Assembly (NCBI GenBank): GCA_965140415.1
Contig: OZ223209.1
Coordinates: forward strand, 4,384,001 to 4,448,000
Length of the DNA: 64,000 nt
From: Myxococcota bacterium
GTDB lineage: Bacteria; Myxococcota_A; SURF-8
Direction: 5' to 3'
In this document: positions 47,204-57,675 of the stretch, piece by piece
How positions within the stretch are numbered: the stretch's first letter is position 1
Layout of the letters: the number at the start of each line of letters is the position of its first letter
Made by a program: the position numbers and the translations under genes
Notes under the pieces: generated by a model
What the model saw: only the letters and a program-made list of their open reading frames with translations
What the model was told of the DNA's origin: nothing
Database searches by the model: none

Positions 47204-48901
47204 CTACGGATTCATCTCATAAGCCCCGTCATAGCTGTGCACCAGTTCCCAGATTTTCCCATAGCGCTCTGCATCTGCAATCGGCTTGCGAATCATCTTC
47301 ATGCAAAAATCCTTCTGTGCTTCGCTTGAACTCGGCTTCAAGTAAACCGACAAAGCGTGCTTGGAGAAATCGCGCACCATAAAGTCGAAGATCTGATCAA
47401 CCAGATTCGGGTCCACATTCATAAGTTTGGCGTTCTCTAAAATCAACTGCCCGTATGCGATCTGCGTGAAAATGTCACCCACGCTAAGTAGGAAATCAAT
47501 ATCGCGCTGCTGTGCCTTGTCCGGCGGCGCCATCATCAGGGCTTGCTTGAACACGGAGATCTGTTCCTTGAACACATTCACATTGGGCAGATCCCAGGCG
47601 TCGTAAGCCAGGTTGTAATCATGGAACTGAATCTTTCCCAGCCCCTTGGTGGGCCCCTGCTCGAACAGGAAACTATCGTCACGCGGGTCATCCACGGTCG
47701 GAACCGGATCGAAAGGCTTGGGATTGAACAGGTAGTTGGCCATAAATTTGATGATCAGCGCCACGTTGACATGCACCGTACCTTCCAGCTTGGGCAGGGC
47801 GCGAATATCGCGCGCAGCCGCTTCGAAGTAGGTCTCGCCCTCAAAGCCGCGCGCTGCAATGACATCCCAAAGCAGGTTGATCACGTCCTCGCCCTGAGTG
47901 GTGACTTTCATTTTCATAATCGGATTGTACAGCAGGTAGCGTCGGTCCTCCAATGAGGCGACGCGCATGTAATCCGAGGCGCGCAAACCGAAAAGTTTCA
48001 TGGCGACCAGACGGGTATAGGCATCCACAAAATTCTGTTTCACATGCGGGAAATCAGTTACCTTCATGTTGTAGAGGGTGCGGTTGGAGGCATGAGTAAT
48101 GGATTCATAAAAGGCATGCGTACAGATGCCGATAGAAGCCCAGCCAAGGTTGTATTTTCCGATATTGACGGTGTTGAGGGCAGCGTAAAAAGCCTCTGTG
48201 CCACGATGCAGAATATCAGCTTCGGCAATAGGATAATCGTGCAATGAAAATTCCGACACGTAGGATTGGGTATTCACCAGATTACGTCGGCAGACATAGC
48301 AATCATGCTGGGAATCGACTGCAAAGAAAACGTATTCGTCCGTGCCTTCGATTTTGCCGAACACGGAGACCATGGCAGCTTCGTTGCCATTGCCAATGTA
48401 ATACTTGTAACCATTGGCTTTGAAGGTTCCATCATCCTGTGGAGTCAGGATCATGTCCGTGTTATACACGTCTGCGCCATGTTCCTTTTCCGATAGTCCG
48501 AATGCGAAAATTCCGCCTTCACGCAGAAATTGGGCTGCTTTTTTCTTGGCCTGCTCGTTGTCCGACTGAAAGATCGGACCCAGACCCAGAATGGAAACCT
48601 GCCAAGTATACCAATAATGCAGACCGTAAAAGCCCAGCACTTCGTTGAATTCGCAGGCTCGCCAAGTATCCCAGCGTGTATCCGGATCCCCGTTTGCATA
48701 TTTTTCAGGCGTGATCAATTGGGAAAATATTTTATTTTCCTTTATGAACTCAAGCATATCTGCATACCACAGGCGCTCGTGGTCGTCTTCCTTGAGCTTT
48801 ACCTTGCCTTTGTTTTCGAAAAATTCGATGGTTTTTAAAATTATTTCCTTGGATCGTGCGTCCGGATACTTGCGATCGTGCTTCTTGGGATTGAGCAACA
48901 T
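47204..48901 (-). CDS. Acyl-CoA dehydrogenase family protein
   Basis: FGLSEKEHGAD, GYKYYIGN, TVNIGK, LPKLEGT motifs. Confidence 0.93.
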   Translation of the reverse strand: MLLNPKKHDRKYPDARSKEIILKTIEFFENKGKVKLKEDDHERLWYADMLEFIKENKIFSQLITPEKYANGDPDTRWDTWRACEFNEVLGFYGLHYWYTWQVSILGLGPIFQSDNEQAKKKAAQFLREGGIFAFGLSEKEHGADVYNTDMILTPQDDGTFKANGYKYYIGNGNEAAMVSVFGKIEGTDEYVFFAVDSQHDCYVCRRNLVNTQSYVSEFSLHDYPIAEADILHRGTEAFYAALNTVNIGKYNLGWASIGICTHAFYESITHASNRTLYNMKVTDFPHVKQNFVDAYTRLVAMKLFGLRASDYMRVASLEDRRYLLYNPIMKMKVTTQGEDVINLLWDVIAARGFEGETYFEAAARDIRALPKLEGTVHVNVALIIKFMANYLFNPKPFDPVPTVDDPRDDSFLFEQGPTKGLGKIQFHDYNLAYDAWDLPNVNVFKEQISVFKQALMMAPPDKAQQRDIDFLLSVGDIFTQIAYGQLILENAKLMNVDPNLVDQIFDFMVRDFSKHALSVYLKPSSSEAQKDFCMKMIRKPIADAERYGKIWELVHSYDGAYEMNP

Positions 48902-49118
48902 GGGCTTCTCCTGTAGGTTTACTGGTTGATTACTCCCGCTCTATACAACTCCTATATTACTATTTCCAACAGGTCAAGAAAGTAAGATCCACGATGAGTA
49001 TTACCTTTTCACAAACGGAATTGCAACCTGTATGCAAATCAGTTTCTGAATAATACAAATTATACAATCACTTTCCAAATTTCCCTTTCGTGAGATAGCA
49101 AACAGAAACAAAAAACGA

Positions 49119-49167
49119 TTGACAATTATCAAACAAAGAGCCATTTCGTTTACTAATAAAGTAACGA
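49119..49167 (+). promoter_or_regulatory. TTGACA -35 and imperfect dyad TCGTTTACT-N5-AGTAACGA upstream of the DUF2087 gene
   Basis: Both seen directly in sequence; autoregulatory operator role is inference. Confidence 0.4.
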
Positions 49168-49198
49168 CGTGTCGCGTTGTTTGAAATTGGAGGCAACG

Positions 49199-49963
49199 AT
49201 GCTAGAGGAATATCGAAATAAGTTGTACGATCTCGATCCGCAGGATCTGTCGAAAGGTTATGTGAGCGAACCGGATGGGCGACGCTACCGCTGCATGTTC
49301 TGCGAGGCTGTTTTTGAAGAGGGAGAAGTGTATCCCTTTGAAAAGAAAATGCTTTTGGCTGAGCGTGCCGTACGTGAGCACATTCGCCGCAGTCATGGCG
49401 AGGTCTTTGACCTGTTAGTGGAACTGGGCAAACAGCATACCGGCCTGTCCGACATCCAGCAGACGGTGCTCAATGGCCTGTACCACGGAAAAACGGATAA
49501 GCAGATCGCGCAGGAGTTGGGGGGGAAGTCCGCTTCCACCGTGCGCAACCATCGGTTTCAACTACGAAAACGAAAGAAGGAAGCCAAGCTGTTTCTTGCA
49601 TTGATGCAGCTTGCGGAACAGCGGGAAAGCCAGGAGAATGTGTTTGTCGAATTCCACGCCGATCTGCCAACCCAGGACGAACGTGCAATCGTGACCAAAC
49701 CGGAAGAACAAAAGCTGATCGACAAGTATTTCGAGCCGGGTCCACAGATGAAGTTAAAACGCTTTCCTGCCAAGCAAAAGGCCAAGCTCGTGATTCTGAA
49801 TCGCATTAGCGAGCAGTTCTGGCGCGATAAGCGCTATGGCGAGCAGGAAATCAACGAGATCCTGGCGGCAATCTACGATGATTTCGTTATGGTGCGCCGC
49901 TATTTGATCGATTACCGTTTTCTGGATCGCACACCGGATGGACGCGAATACTGGATCAAGTAG
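49199..49963 (+). CDS. DUF2087-domain protein with Zn-finger-like and LuxR-like HTH segments
   Basis: CMFC..H..H; DKQIAQELGGKSASTVRNHRF; FPAKQKAK..YGEQEIN..RRYLIDYRFLDR..YW. Confidence 0.85.
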   Translation: MLEEYRNKLYDLDPQDLSKGYVSEPDGRRYRCMFCEAVFEEGEVYPFEKKMLLAERAVREHIRRSHGEVFDLLVELGKQHTGLSDIQQTVLNGLYHGKTDKQIAQELGGKSASTVRNHRFQLRKRKKEAKLFLALMQLAEQRESQENVFVEFHADLPTQDERAIVTKPEEQKLIDKYFEPGPQMKLKRFPAKQKAKLVILNRISEQFWRDKRYGEQEINEILAAIYDDFVMVRRYLIDYRFLDRTPDGREYWIK

Positions 49964-50028
49964 CTCAAAACCCAGGTAAATATCAGCTTATATAAGTGAA
50001 TTGTTGAAATTCGCAAAGGAAGTACATC

Positions 50029-50958
50029 ATGAGAAGCATACGCAGTAGCTTGTTTATTTTGATGTTGCGCTATCGCAACTTGTTGTTGTTACAGTGGAAA
50101 CGAAAACCAATGGTGAGCTGGGACACGTCCATTCCAGAACTGCGGGCCAAGGTGAACAAAGGCTCCGGCTTGTTCGGAAAATTGCCTGCCGATTTCCAGG
50201 TCACGCCGGTGGATCAAGACAACTTCTGTGCAGAGTGGTTGCTGCCGGGTCAGGCGAAAGAAGGTAAAGCGATTCTCTACCTGCACGGCGGTGGCTACGT
50301 TCTCGGCTCGGCCAAGGGACATCGTCCCATCGTCGCCAAGTTCGTCAAGGCGACCAACGTTCCAGCCTTGGTCGTCGATTATCGCCTGGCACCGGAGCAT
50401 CCCTTTCCGGCAGCATTGAACGATGCGCTGGCGGGGTATCGCTACCTGTTGCAGCAGGGCTATCTGCCAGAAGATATCGTAATCATGGGAGATTCCGCCG
50501 GAGGCGGTTTAGCGTTGGCACTGTTATTGGCCATTAAAAAGGAAGGGTTACAGCAGCCTGCGGCAGCGGTGGCTTTGTCTCCCTGGACGGATTTACTGAA
50601 TACCGGGGAATCGCTGCTTACCAACGAAAAGGTCGATCCGCTGACCTGGCGCGAATCGCAGGCGGTGTTCAGCGCCTATTATGCAGCGGGACAGGATGCA
50701 GCCAACCCCTTGATTTCCCCACTTTATGGCGAGTTGGAAGGCTTGCCGCCGCTTTTACTGACAGTCGGTGGCGATGAATTGCTCCTGGACGATTCGACCC
50801 GCTTTGCCCAGAGAGCGAATGCGGCAGATGTGGATGTTGACTTGATTGTGATGCCGGGAATGTTCCATTGTTACCCGGTTTGCGCACCGGTCTTCCCGGA
50901 AGCGACGCAATCGATGCAAAAGATCGTGGCATTCATCGAAAAACGGATCGGAGTGTAG
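50029..50958 (+). CDS. HSL-family esterase/lipase (Abhydrolase_3)
   Basis: HGGG, DYRLAPEHPFPA, GDSAGG, LSPW, catalytic acid and His motifs. Confidence 0.95.
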   Translation: MRSIRSSLFILMLRYRNLLLLQWKRKPMVSWDTSIPELRAKVNKGSGLFGKLPADFQVTPVDQDNFCAEWLLPGQAKEGKAILYLHGGGYVLGSAKGHRPIVAKFVKATNVPALVVDYRLAPEHPFPAALNDALAGYRYLLQQGYLPEDIVIMGDSAGGGLALALLLAIKKEGLQQPAAAVALSPWTDLLNTGESLLTNEKVDPLTWRESQAVFSAYYAAGQDAANPLISPLYGELEGLPPLLLTVGGDELLLDDSTRFAQRANAADVDVDLIVMPGMFHCYPVCAPVFPEATQSMQKIVAFIEKRIGV

Positions 50959-51137
50959 GAAATCCATGTTTAGGATTTCGACGATTGGGAAATGGTTATT
51001 TTTCGATCTCTCGTTATTATTGAAGCTACGGCAAAAGCTCCAATTCCCTTGACGCTCGGGTCGTTTACCGGTAGGTTCAGGGCGTTTACGGTCGTTCTGG
51101 CCGGGAGGCAATCGTTTAATCGAAAAGAGAGGCGCTT

Positions 51138-52889
51138 ATGAACGGTAAGTTTTGGTGTTGGATGGGAGTATTTTGTGTGCTGTTACTGATGCTTTGCGCC
51201 TGTAGTGACGACAGCTCCGACCCGGATGGCGACGTGACCGATGGTGACACCATCGCGGATGGCGATTCGACGGAAGGCGAATCGGTAGACGGTGACAGCG
51301 AAGTGGATGGCGATACGACGGAAGGCGAAATTTCCGATGGCGATCTGGATTACGCCCCGGTGGAAAACCTGCTGCCGCCTTCCGAAGTATTCTCGGAGCT
51401 GGGTTTTGCTCCACCTGCCAGAGAGGCAAACGGCACCGCGCCCAACCAGGAGGAAATCACCGCGTTCACGAAAAAAGTAACCGCTTTTTTCAAAGAAACG
51501 AATTATTTCGATTGGGTCTGGCGCATGAGCCACGGCCTGGACGCCTCCTACGATTCGAGTATGATGGACTATAAACTGTGGTGGCAGGATGTCGGTATGC
51601 GGCGCGAGGGCGATACAATCATCTTCAATCATCGCGGCAAGGCGGAAAACATTCTGAAGCGCTCCATCAAGGTGATGAGTAACGCCATCGCCGGCTATCT
51701 GCTTACCGGCGACGAGCGCATGGCGGCCATCGGTACGCAGTATCTGAAAGGCATTGTGGCGTTATCCTTGGGTTTGGAATTTGGAAGCGAAGATCCGCTG
51801 GTCAAGTATCTACAGGCACGCGCCGTTTTCAATCACGATCACGCCTATACGGTGGACGATCGCAAAGTGCAGGTAAACTACACCCCTGCCTGTTACGATT
51901 CCTTCAAGTGGAACGTGCATGTATTCGAAATTCCCGACAATCCCACTTACGGCGATATCTGGGTTTCGAATATGCGTTCCAAAGACGACGTTCCTTACGT
52001 GAACAGATCGCTACCCATCGCAACCCGTGCCTTCCACGAATCGCAGAATCAGGAATTGCGCGACGCCGCCGAGCTTTACATCGAGTACATACGCGGATTC
52101 TCCAAAAACATCGTGGACAACGACTGGTTTATCATGACCAAATATGAAGATGGCGAAGCGGTGCGGCCTTACGACGCCACCAAACCGACCAAACCGCTGG
52201 CGGATTTGGGGAGCTACGTTCATTGGGAGATTCTGTTCGGCGAAGACGCCGAGTGCAACGCCCAACTGGGTGCTGCGTTACTGGGTTACGGCAACACACA
52301 AGGCAAGGGCGATTGCGGCAGTGGCATGACCGGCTGGGATTTCGAAGCGATGGCCGGTGTAGGTAACTGGTTCAACTATAATATCTACAACTATTTCCAT
52401 ATCGGCGCACTGGCCGCTGCCGAAGCCTGGGGCCATACCGCATTGGCGGAATCCTTGATGAGCGGTCTGCCCGCGCGTTTCGACACGATGATGCACGACG
52501 CGGAACTGAGCAACCGCGAACACCAGGAGTTTCAGTCGGATATGTCCGGCTGGCTGCTTTCCGCTGCGACCTACGGCTACCCGCTGGACGCGGAAGAAGC
52601 ACGGCACATCATGCAATGGTATGGCGACAGTTCCGACTGGTACCGCCAATGGGAACATTGGGATCCCTGGGCGACGTTGCCGGAGGATACGGATTACAGT
52701 GATTACAAAGCCCCGCGCGTGGAACAGGTGGATAACGGTCAGGGCGGCGTGACCAATATCAGCTACGTACGCCTGGTGGAAATGCCCTACATTTTCGAAT
52801 ACTGCCTGAGTTCGGTACGAGACAAACAGGGAGTACAGTTTATCGACTGCGACATCGTGGCCGATCCCAGCAAATGGGGCGAGGATTGA
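51138..52889 (+). CDS. Lipoprotein of unknown function with DGD tether
   Basis: Lipobox LCAC; DGD/EGE repeats; ~500-aa aromatic-rich globular domain. Confidence 0.8.
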   Translation: MNGKFWCWMGVFCVLLLMLCACSDDSSDPDGDVTDGDTIADGDSTEGESVDGDSEVDGDTTEGEISDGDLDYAPVENLLPPSEVFSELGFAPPAREANGTAPNQEEITAFTKKVTAFFKETNYFDWVWRMSHGLDASYDSSMMDYKLWWQDVGMRREGDTIIFNHRGKAENILKRSIKVMSNAIAGYLLTGDERMAAIGTQYLKGIVALSLGLEFGSEDPLVKYLQARAVFNHDHAYTVDDRKVQVNYTPACYDSFKWNVHVFEIPDNPTYGDIWVSNMRSKDDVPYVNRSLPIATRAFHESQNQELRDAAELYIEYIRGFSKNIVDNDWFIMTKYEDGEAVRPYDATKPTKPLADLGSYVHWEILFGEDAECNAQLGAALLGYGNTQGKGDCGSGMTGWDFEAMAGVGNWFNYNIYNYFHIGALAAAEAWGHTALAESLMSGLPARFDTMMHDAELSNREHQEFQSDMSGWLLSAATYGYPLDAEEARHIMQWYGDSSDWYRQWEHWDPWATLPEDTDYSDYKAPRVEQVDNGQGGVTNISYVRLVEMPYIFEYCLSSVRDKQGVQFIDCDIVADPSKWGED

Positions 52890-52908
52890 TCCTTCCGATT
52901 GTGTAGAT

Positions 52909-54774
52909 CTATTGCCCTAGCTTTTCGGCGGCGGGGTGTTTAAAAACCTGCAATCCCTTTGCGATGGCCTGTCGTATCTGCGCGGGCAATTTCGGATCAC
53001 TGGCGAAAGCGGCGATCCGATTCAGGATCTGTTCACTTGGAAAAGGTTCGATGGCAACCATGCGCGTCAATAACGCACGGGGAGCTAAGGCATCTTCCGG
53101 GTTATCTTGCACGCTGCGGGCGACATCGGCCAGCAGATTCTCCCAAGCGACTTCACTATCGACCTGTCGCAGATAGGCGGGGTCGGTCTGCATGGGATTG
53201 AGAATGCGATACGCCTGCCGCTCGCAGAAATCCTTCGACAACAAATCGCAACGACCGAAAAGCAGGTTGCGGTCATCGTAATACAGCAAACGCCACTCCG
53301 CAGAATCCCATAGGTGTTCCGCGATGGTTCGATTCGGCGCGATTCGATAGCCTTCGTCGATCATCACCAAACCGATTTCGTATTCGCAAAGCGTGCGGTC
53401 CAATTCTTTCGGATCCCCCAGCGAACGAAAGCGATTCAGAAATTCCGTAGGGTACAAGGTCGGGACACGACCATCGATGAAGATACGTTGTTTGGGCCAG
53501 CGTCGATACAGTAGATAGTCGGCACCGCAAAAGGTATTTGTAAGCGGCCTGGCGCGTAAATCGTGACGGGTAATGTAGTTCACCGCTCCGATTGGATGTA
53601 GCTGCGGGCTGGGACCGACGCCGGGCGGGGTGCCCATAGCCAGCATTTCCACTCTTGTAACTCCGGTAAACAACAGAACAGACAACAAAAGGATCACAAC
53701 GGAAAAAACCGGGCGCATGTCTGCGATTCTGCCAACTCGCCAGCCACCGAGATTGCGGATAAGAATCGGATAGGCCAGTAGTGCGAATTCGGCGGTGAAG
53801 CGTGCATGCAGTATGGCCATCACACCCAATGACGCCATCAGCAGCCAGTCGCCTATGCGGCGCTTGTTTCCGGCCAGCAAAAAGGAAGCCGCGACAAATA
53901 GCAGTAACAGTAAAAACAGCTTCAACCCGATGGGACCGGTGAAACTTAAAAAGTCAGCGAACGCTCCCCATTCGGCGGAGACCTGCTCGCTCATGACCGT
54001 TGGAAAAGGCAGCAGAACCTCAAAGGTATGGGGATTGACAAAAGCCGCCGCCAGCATCCCCAATAGTGTCAGGGGCCAGCGATAGCTGCCCAGCAGGACG
54101 TCAAAGAAACGTTCGCTGCGAATACGCTGGCCAAGTTCGTTACACCAACTCGCGCCCACGATCACCAGGGAGATCGTCCAGGAGGGATGCAGGTTCACCC
54201 ACAGGGCCGTCAGCGGAATCAACAGCAGCAACCCGCCGTTTTTGCGGTAAAGCCGCGCCCGTTCCGCCAGCAAATGGGAAAGCGTCCACAAGGGAAAGAC
54301 CAGCGTATGCGGACGATCGGAGAAACGTGGAAAGACGACCGCCAGCACGAGCAGCAGCAGCAAAAAGCGCCAAGCGACGGCGGGACGACCTTCTTCCTTT
54401 TCGGCCAGTCCGGCATGAGCCAACAGCGCGGCAAGCATCAGGATGTAAATCAATAGGCGCAACAACACCGGGCCCAAATCGAGATCGACGGACCAGACGA
54501 CGTAAATGATCAGGCTGCCCAGCCATTCCCAGTTGGTCCAGCTATGATCCGCAAAGGTGTAGGAAAAAGGATCGGTATCCGGGATCGAGCCGTTTTGGGC
54601 GATGATCTGACCGGTCAGGTAATGCCAGTAGTGATCGTCGCAACCCAGTTCGTGATAGCAAGCCAGCAGAACCCACACAGCCAATAATGCCAGACCCAAC
54701 AGGGTCAGGTTGCGAATAGTGACCGGAGAGGCTTGCGAATTATCGGTATTCATTCGAGCAAGCCTTACATGCAA
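52909..54774 (-). CDS. Polytopic membrane protein, putative GT-C-fold glycosyltransferase
   Basis: DD motif after TM1 (DDHYWHYLTG..DPFSYT..EWL), RPH, WVNLH, SAEW, GxYL..FIDGR; about 11 TMs. Confidence 0.6.
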   Translation of the reverse strand: MHVRLARMNTDNSQASPVTIRNLTLLGLALLAVWVLLACYHELGCDDHYWHYLTGQIIAQNGSIPDTDPFSYTFADHSWTNWEWLGSLIIYVVWSVDLDLGPVLLRLLIYILMLAALLAHAGLAEKEEGRPAVAWRFLLLLLVLAVVFPRFSDRPHTLVFPLWTLSHLLAERARLYRKNGGLLLLIPLTALWVNLHPSWTISLVIVGASWCNELGQRIRSERFFDVLLGSYRWPLTLLGMLAAAFVNPHTFEVLLPFPTVMSEQVSAEWGAFADFLSFTGPIGLKLFLLLLLFVAASFLLAGNKRRIGDWLLMASLGVMAILHARFTAEFALLAYPILIRNLGGWRVGRIADMRPVFSVVILLLSVLLFTGVTRVEMLAMGTPPGVGPSPQLHPIGAVNYITRHDLRARPLTNTFCGADYLLYRRWPKQRIFIDGRVPTLYPTEFLNRFRSLGDPKELDRTLCEYEIGLVMIDEGYRIAPNRTIAEHLWDSAEWRLLYYDDRNLLFGRCDLLSKDFCERQAYRILNPMQTDPAYLRQVDSEVAWENLLADVARSVQDNPEDALAPRALLTRMVAIEPFPSEQILNRIAAFASDPKLPAQIRQAIAKGLQVFKHPAAEKLGQ

Positions 54775-56609
54775 CGACCGCTAAAGGGATCTGCCGTTGC
54801 TTCGCCGGTGCAGGTGCAGGAGATAGCCTGCTCGCCCTCCGACCAGCTCCACTCCCCGTTACTCTGGCAGGTGTTCGTCATGCAGACATTGCCGGATTCC
54901 AGTTCCACACAGCTCATGGAACTGTCGCAGTCGTCGTCGGTGTCGCAACGCCCCAAGCAACTCCAGGCAGCCTGTTGCGGCGTTACCAATACCGGTAAAC
55001 AGCGTTCATAAGGCTGGCATTCCTCGTCGACGGCACAGGCGGCGGTACATTGACCGATGCTCGCCAGTTCATCATCCAGAATAAAGCCCTGGCAACTCAA
55101 CCCTTCTGCACAGCTATCGTCGGTCTGACAGGCAATGTCGCGATTGACGTAGCAGATGCCCTCGCCGCAGGACTGATTGGAGGCGCAATCGGAGTGCGTC
55201 TGGCAGCTACCCAGATCCTCGCAACGGTTGGAGTAAGGATTCAGCGCGAAACCATCGTCGCATTGACAGGACAACAGCCCGTTGGGTTCGACCTGCCAGC
55301 TTCCGTTGGTCTTGCAGTCTTCCGGCACACAGCCTTTCACTCCCAGAATCTCGCGGCAGATCTGCCCTTCTGGGCAGCCCTCTTCCTCGTTGCACAGCGC
55401 GTGGCACTGCCCCTCTGTTGCGCTAGTAGGCATGCAGACTTCCCCGGCCAGGCAGTCCGCACTTTTTTCGCATACGAGCGTGCAAACGCCGTCGCCCAGT
55501 AAATCGCCACCGCTTTTTTCGCCGATACATTTTGTAGGATCTTCGCACTGACGGTCGGCGCGGCAACTGATGGCGCGCGTTTCGTGGCAGACGTTATCCC
55601 TGCCGCAGACTTCACCGACTTTGCAATCGTACATATCTTCGCAGGCCAAACCCACATCCGGCATGGGACACAATTTGCCGATGCGGATATCATCCAAATG
55701 CCCGGCCAAACCCAGGAAAAGGTAGTTCAACGGATGGTCGCTGTCGATGCGGTCGGAAAAGAGACATTGATCCTGTTCGCATAAAGTCACCCGGTCCACA
55801 TCCAGACGCCAGCTTTCGCCGCTCTGGTACAACTCGACGCGGTGCCAGCCGTTGTCCAGGCCGTCTCGTTTGCGATGCTGCATACCCGACTGCTCCAGCG
55901 CTTCGATGCGCTGCGGGCTGCCTTCGTCGCCCGTGGGCAGGGCGGCATGGTGATACAGGCGGATTTCCGGCGTCCAGTTTCCGGTCGGATCGGGCGTATC
56001 GGAAGGAACACTTTGACCGTAGAGCCACAGGTAGTTGTCTCCACTGGCACCGGGCAGGCGCGTAAGAAAATGATAGGAAAGCTGCATCAGGCGCAAGTCT
56101 TCGGGAATCGACGTATAGATACGCGCCGCAGGCAAACCGGACTGTGTATCTTCGGAGTCGCCGGAGAGATAATGATTCTCCCTGCCTTCTTCGCTGACGA
56201 TCACGGGAACCGCCGCTCCGCTGGTATCTCCGCTCGGGTTGCCCTCTACCTTGTAATCCAGTTTCCACTCTTCATAGGCGCTGAAGTCCTCTTCTTCAAA
56301 AGTTTCCTCAAATGCGATGAAGCCGCCCTGACAGAAGGGGCGCACGGTCCATTGGTCGTAGGTGTCGTCCTCCCATTTCAGCCAGGCCGCCTCGGGCCGT
56401 TCGCGGTCGGAGGCATCGTCTGCATCCAGATCGCCGTCCGGGTTTTCGCTTTCATGTTCTACGGGATCGAGGTCCAGGTCACCGTCCGAGATGGGCTCGT
56501 CGGAATCTCCGCAGCCTGCCAGCATCGACAGGGAGAGTAAAACCAGCGACAAGACAAAAGAAAAGCGGCCATAGTGTAGAAGATTCGGGAAAGCTTGTGG
56601 AATCGTCAT
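54765..56609 (-). CDS. Lipoprotein with beta-sandwich-like domain and Cys-rich repeats
   Basis: Lipobox LAGC; DGD tether; many C-x-x-D-x-x-C-x-x-G-x-x-C units and EGF-like ends. Confidence 0.8.
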   Translation of the reverse strand: MTIPQAFPNLLHYGRFSFVLSLVLLSLSMLAGCGDSDEPISDGDLDLDPVEHESENPDGDLDADDASDRERPEAAWLKWEDDTYDQWTVRPFCQGGFIAFEETFEEEDFSAYEEWKLDYKVEGNPSGDTSGAAVPVIVSEEGRENHYLSGDSEDTQSGLPAARIYTSIPEDLRLMQLSYHFLTRLPGASGDNYLWLYGQSVPSDTPDPTGNWTPEIRLYHHAALPTGDEGSPQRIEALEQSGMQHRKRDGLDNGWHRVELYQSGESWRLDVDRVTLCEQDQCLFSDRIDSDHPLNYLFLGLAGHLDDIRIGKLCPMPDVGLACEDMYDCKVGEVCGRDNVCHETRAISCRADRQCEDPTKCIGEKSGGDLLGDGVCTLVCEKSADCLAGEVCMPTSATEGQCHALCNEEEGCPEGQICREILGVKGCVPEDCKTNGSWQVEPNGLLSCQCDDGFALNPYSNRCEDLGSCQTHSDCASNQSCGEGICYVNRDIACQTDDSCAEGLSCQGFILDDELASIGQCTAACAVDEECQPYERCLPVLVTPQQAAWSCLGRCDTDDDCDSSMSCVELESGNVCMTNTCQSNGEWSWSEGEQAISCTCTGEATADPFSGRCM

Positions 56610-56924
56610 CTTGTGAATCCATTTTTGTGGTTATCCCCCACCGACAGACAAAACGACGGCAGGGAGTGTTTGGCTGACTCATTCCGCTTGAGTGTAGCAG
56701 AAAGCGGCGATAAAGAGAAAGAAATTGCCGAGATCGGGAGAAGAAGCACCGGAAAAAGAAAATGAAACGGACGGGTGCGTTCAAGTTGTTCTATTTGTTG
56801 CCTCTCGATGCAAAAAGCTGCTGAAAGCTGCCGATACACGGTTGAACTTTAAGCGGAAATGTGGTTTGTTAGCAGCGGAACAAGTTTCGAATCGGCATCA
56901 AAGATGCCACGGGGAGGAAAATAG

Positions 56925-57674
56925 ATGAGCAGGGAATTCTTCTGGCAGGATGTATTGCCGGATGTCAAAAAACGTATCGAGCCGTTTATACAGGAACTTT
57001 TTGCATTGGACGATCCCTTGCCAAGCAGCGTTTTCCTGATTGGAGCGGCAGTTCGCGGCGAGCACAGCGAGTCGCACCCGGATCTGCATCTGCTACTGGT
57101 GTATCCGTCTATCGATGCGGCGCTGTTGGACCGCATCAGCCGGTTGGGTGTTCGTTACGGAAAAAAGGGCTTGCGCGCACCGTTATTGTTAACGCCGGAT
57201 CATTTCAACGATGCACAAGACAGCTTCCCGATGGAACTGCTGGATCTCAAAAGCAATCACGTTCTGCTGTGCGGAGAGGATCTGCTGACACAGGTGAACA
57301 TCGCCAATGAACATTTACGTTTACAGGTAGAGCGGGAGCTTCGCGCCTGGCAATTGCAGTTGAGGCAGGCGTATCTGCGTTCGGCAGGTGATGCCAAGTG
57401 GATGGCCAATTGGTACGCCGCCAATGTAGAGGAGATCTTCCCCTTGTTGCGTGCAGCCTTGCATTTGTTGGGTGGTGATGAGCAGGCGGGCAATACGGAA
57501 GCAGCCAGGCGACTGGAACAAGCGACCGGCATCGGTTTCGAGCCTTTCGTTTCGGTCTATGCGCGCTACAAGCAGGGCAAGCGACCGGACAAGGCGGATG
57601 TATACGATCTGTATAGCGCCTGGGAGCGGACCTTTTTCGAACTGGTGACGCATATCGACGGGCTGGAGTCGTAG
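56925..57674 (+). CDS. Nucleotidyltransferase-like protein (LemA/TPM-associated, degenerate motif)
   Basis: LIGAAVRGE..PDLHLLLV; DSFPMELLD..LLCGED..LRLQVERELR. Confidence 0.7.
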   Translation: MSREFFWQDVLPDVKKRIEPFIQELFALDDPLPSSVFLIGAAVRGEHSESHPDLHLLLVYPSIDAALLDRISRLGVRYGKKGLRAPLLLTPDHFNDAQDSFPMELLDLKSNHVLLCGEDLLTQVNIANEHLRLQVERELRAWQLQLRQAYLRSAGDAKWMANWYAANVEEIFPLLRAALHLLGGDEQAGNTEAARRLEQATGIGFEPFVSVYARYKQGKRPDKADVYDLYSAWERTFFELVTHIDGLES

Positions 57675-57675
57675 A

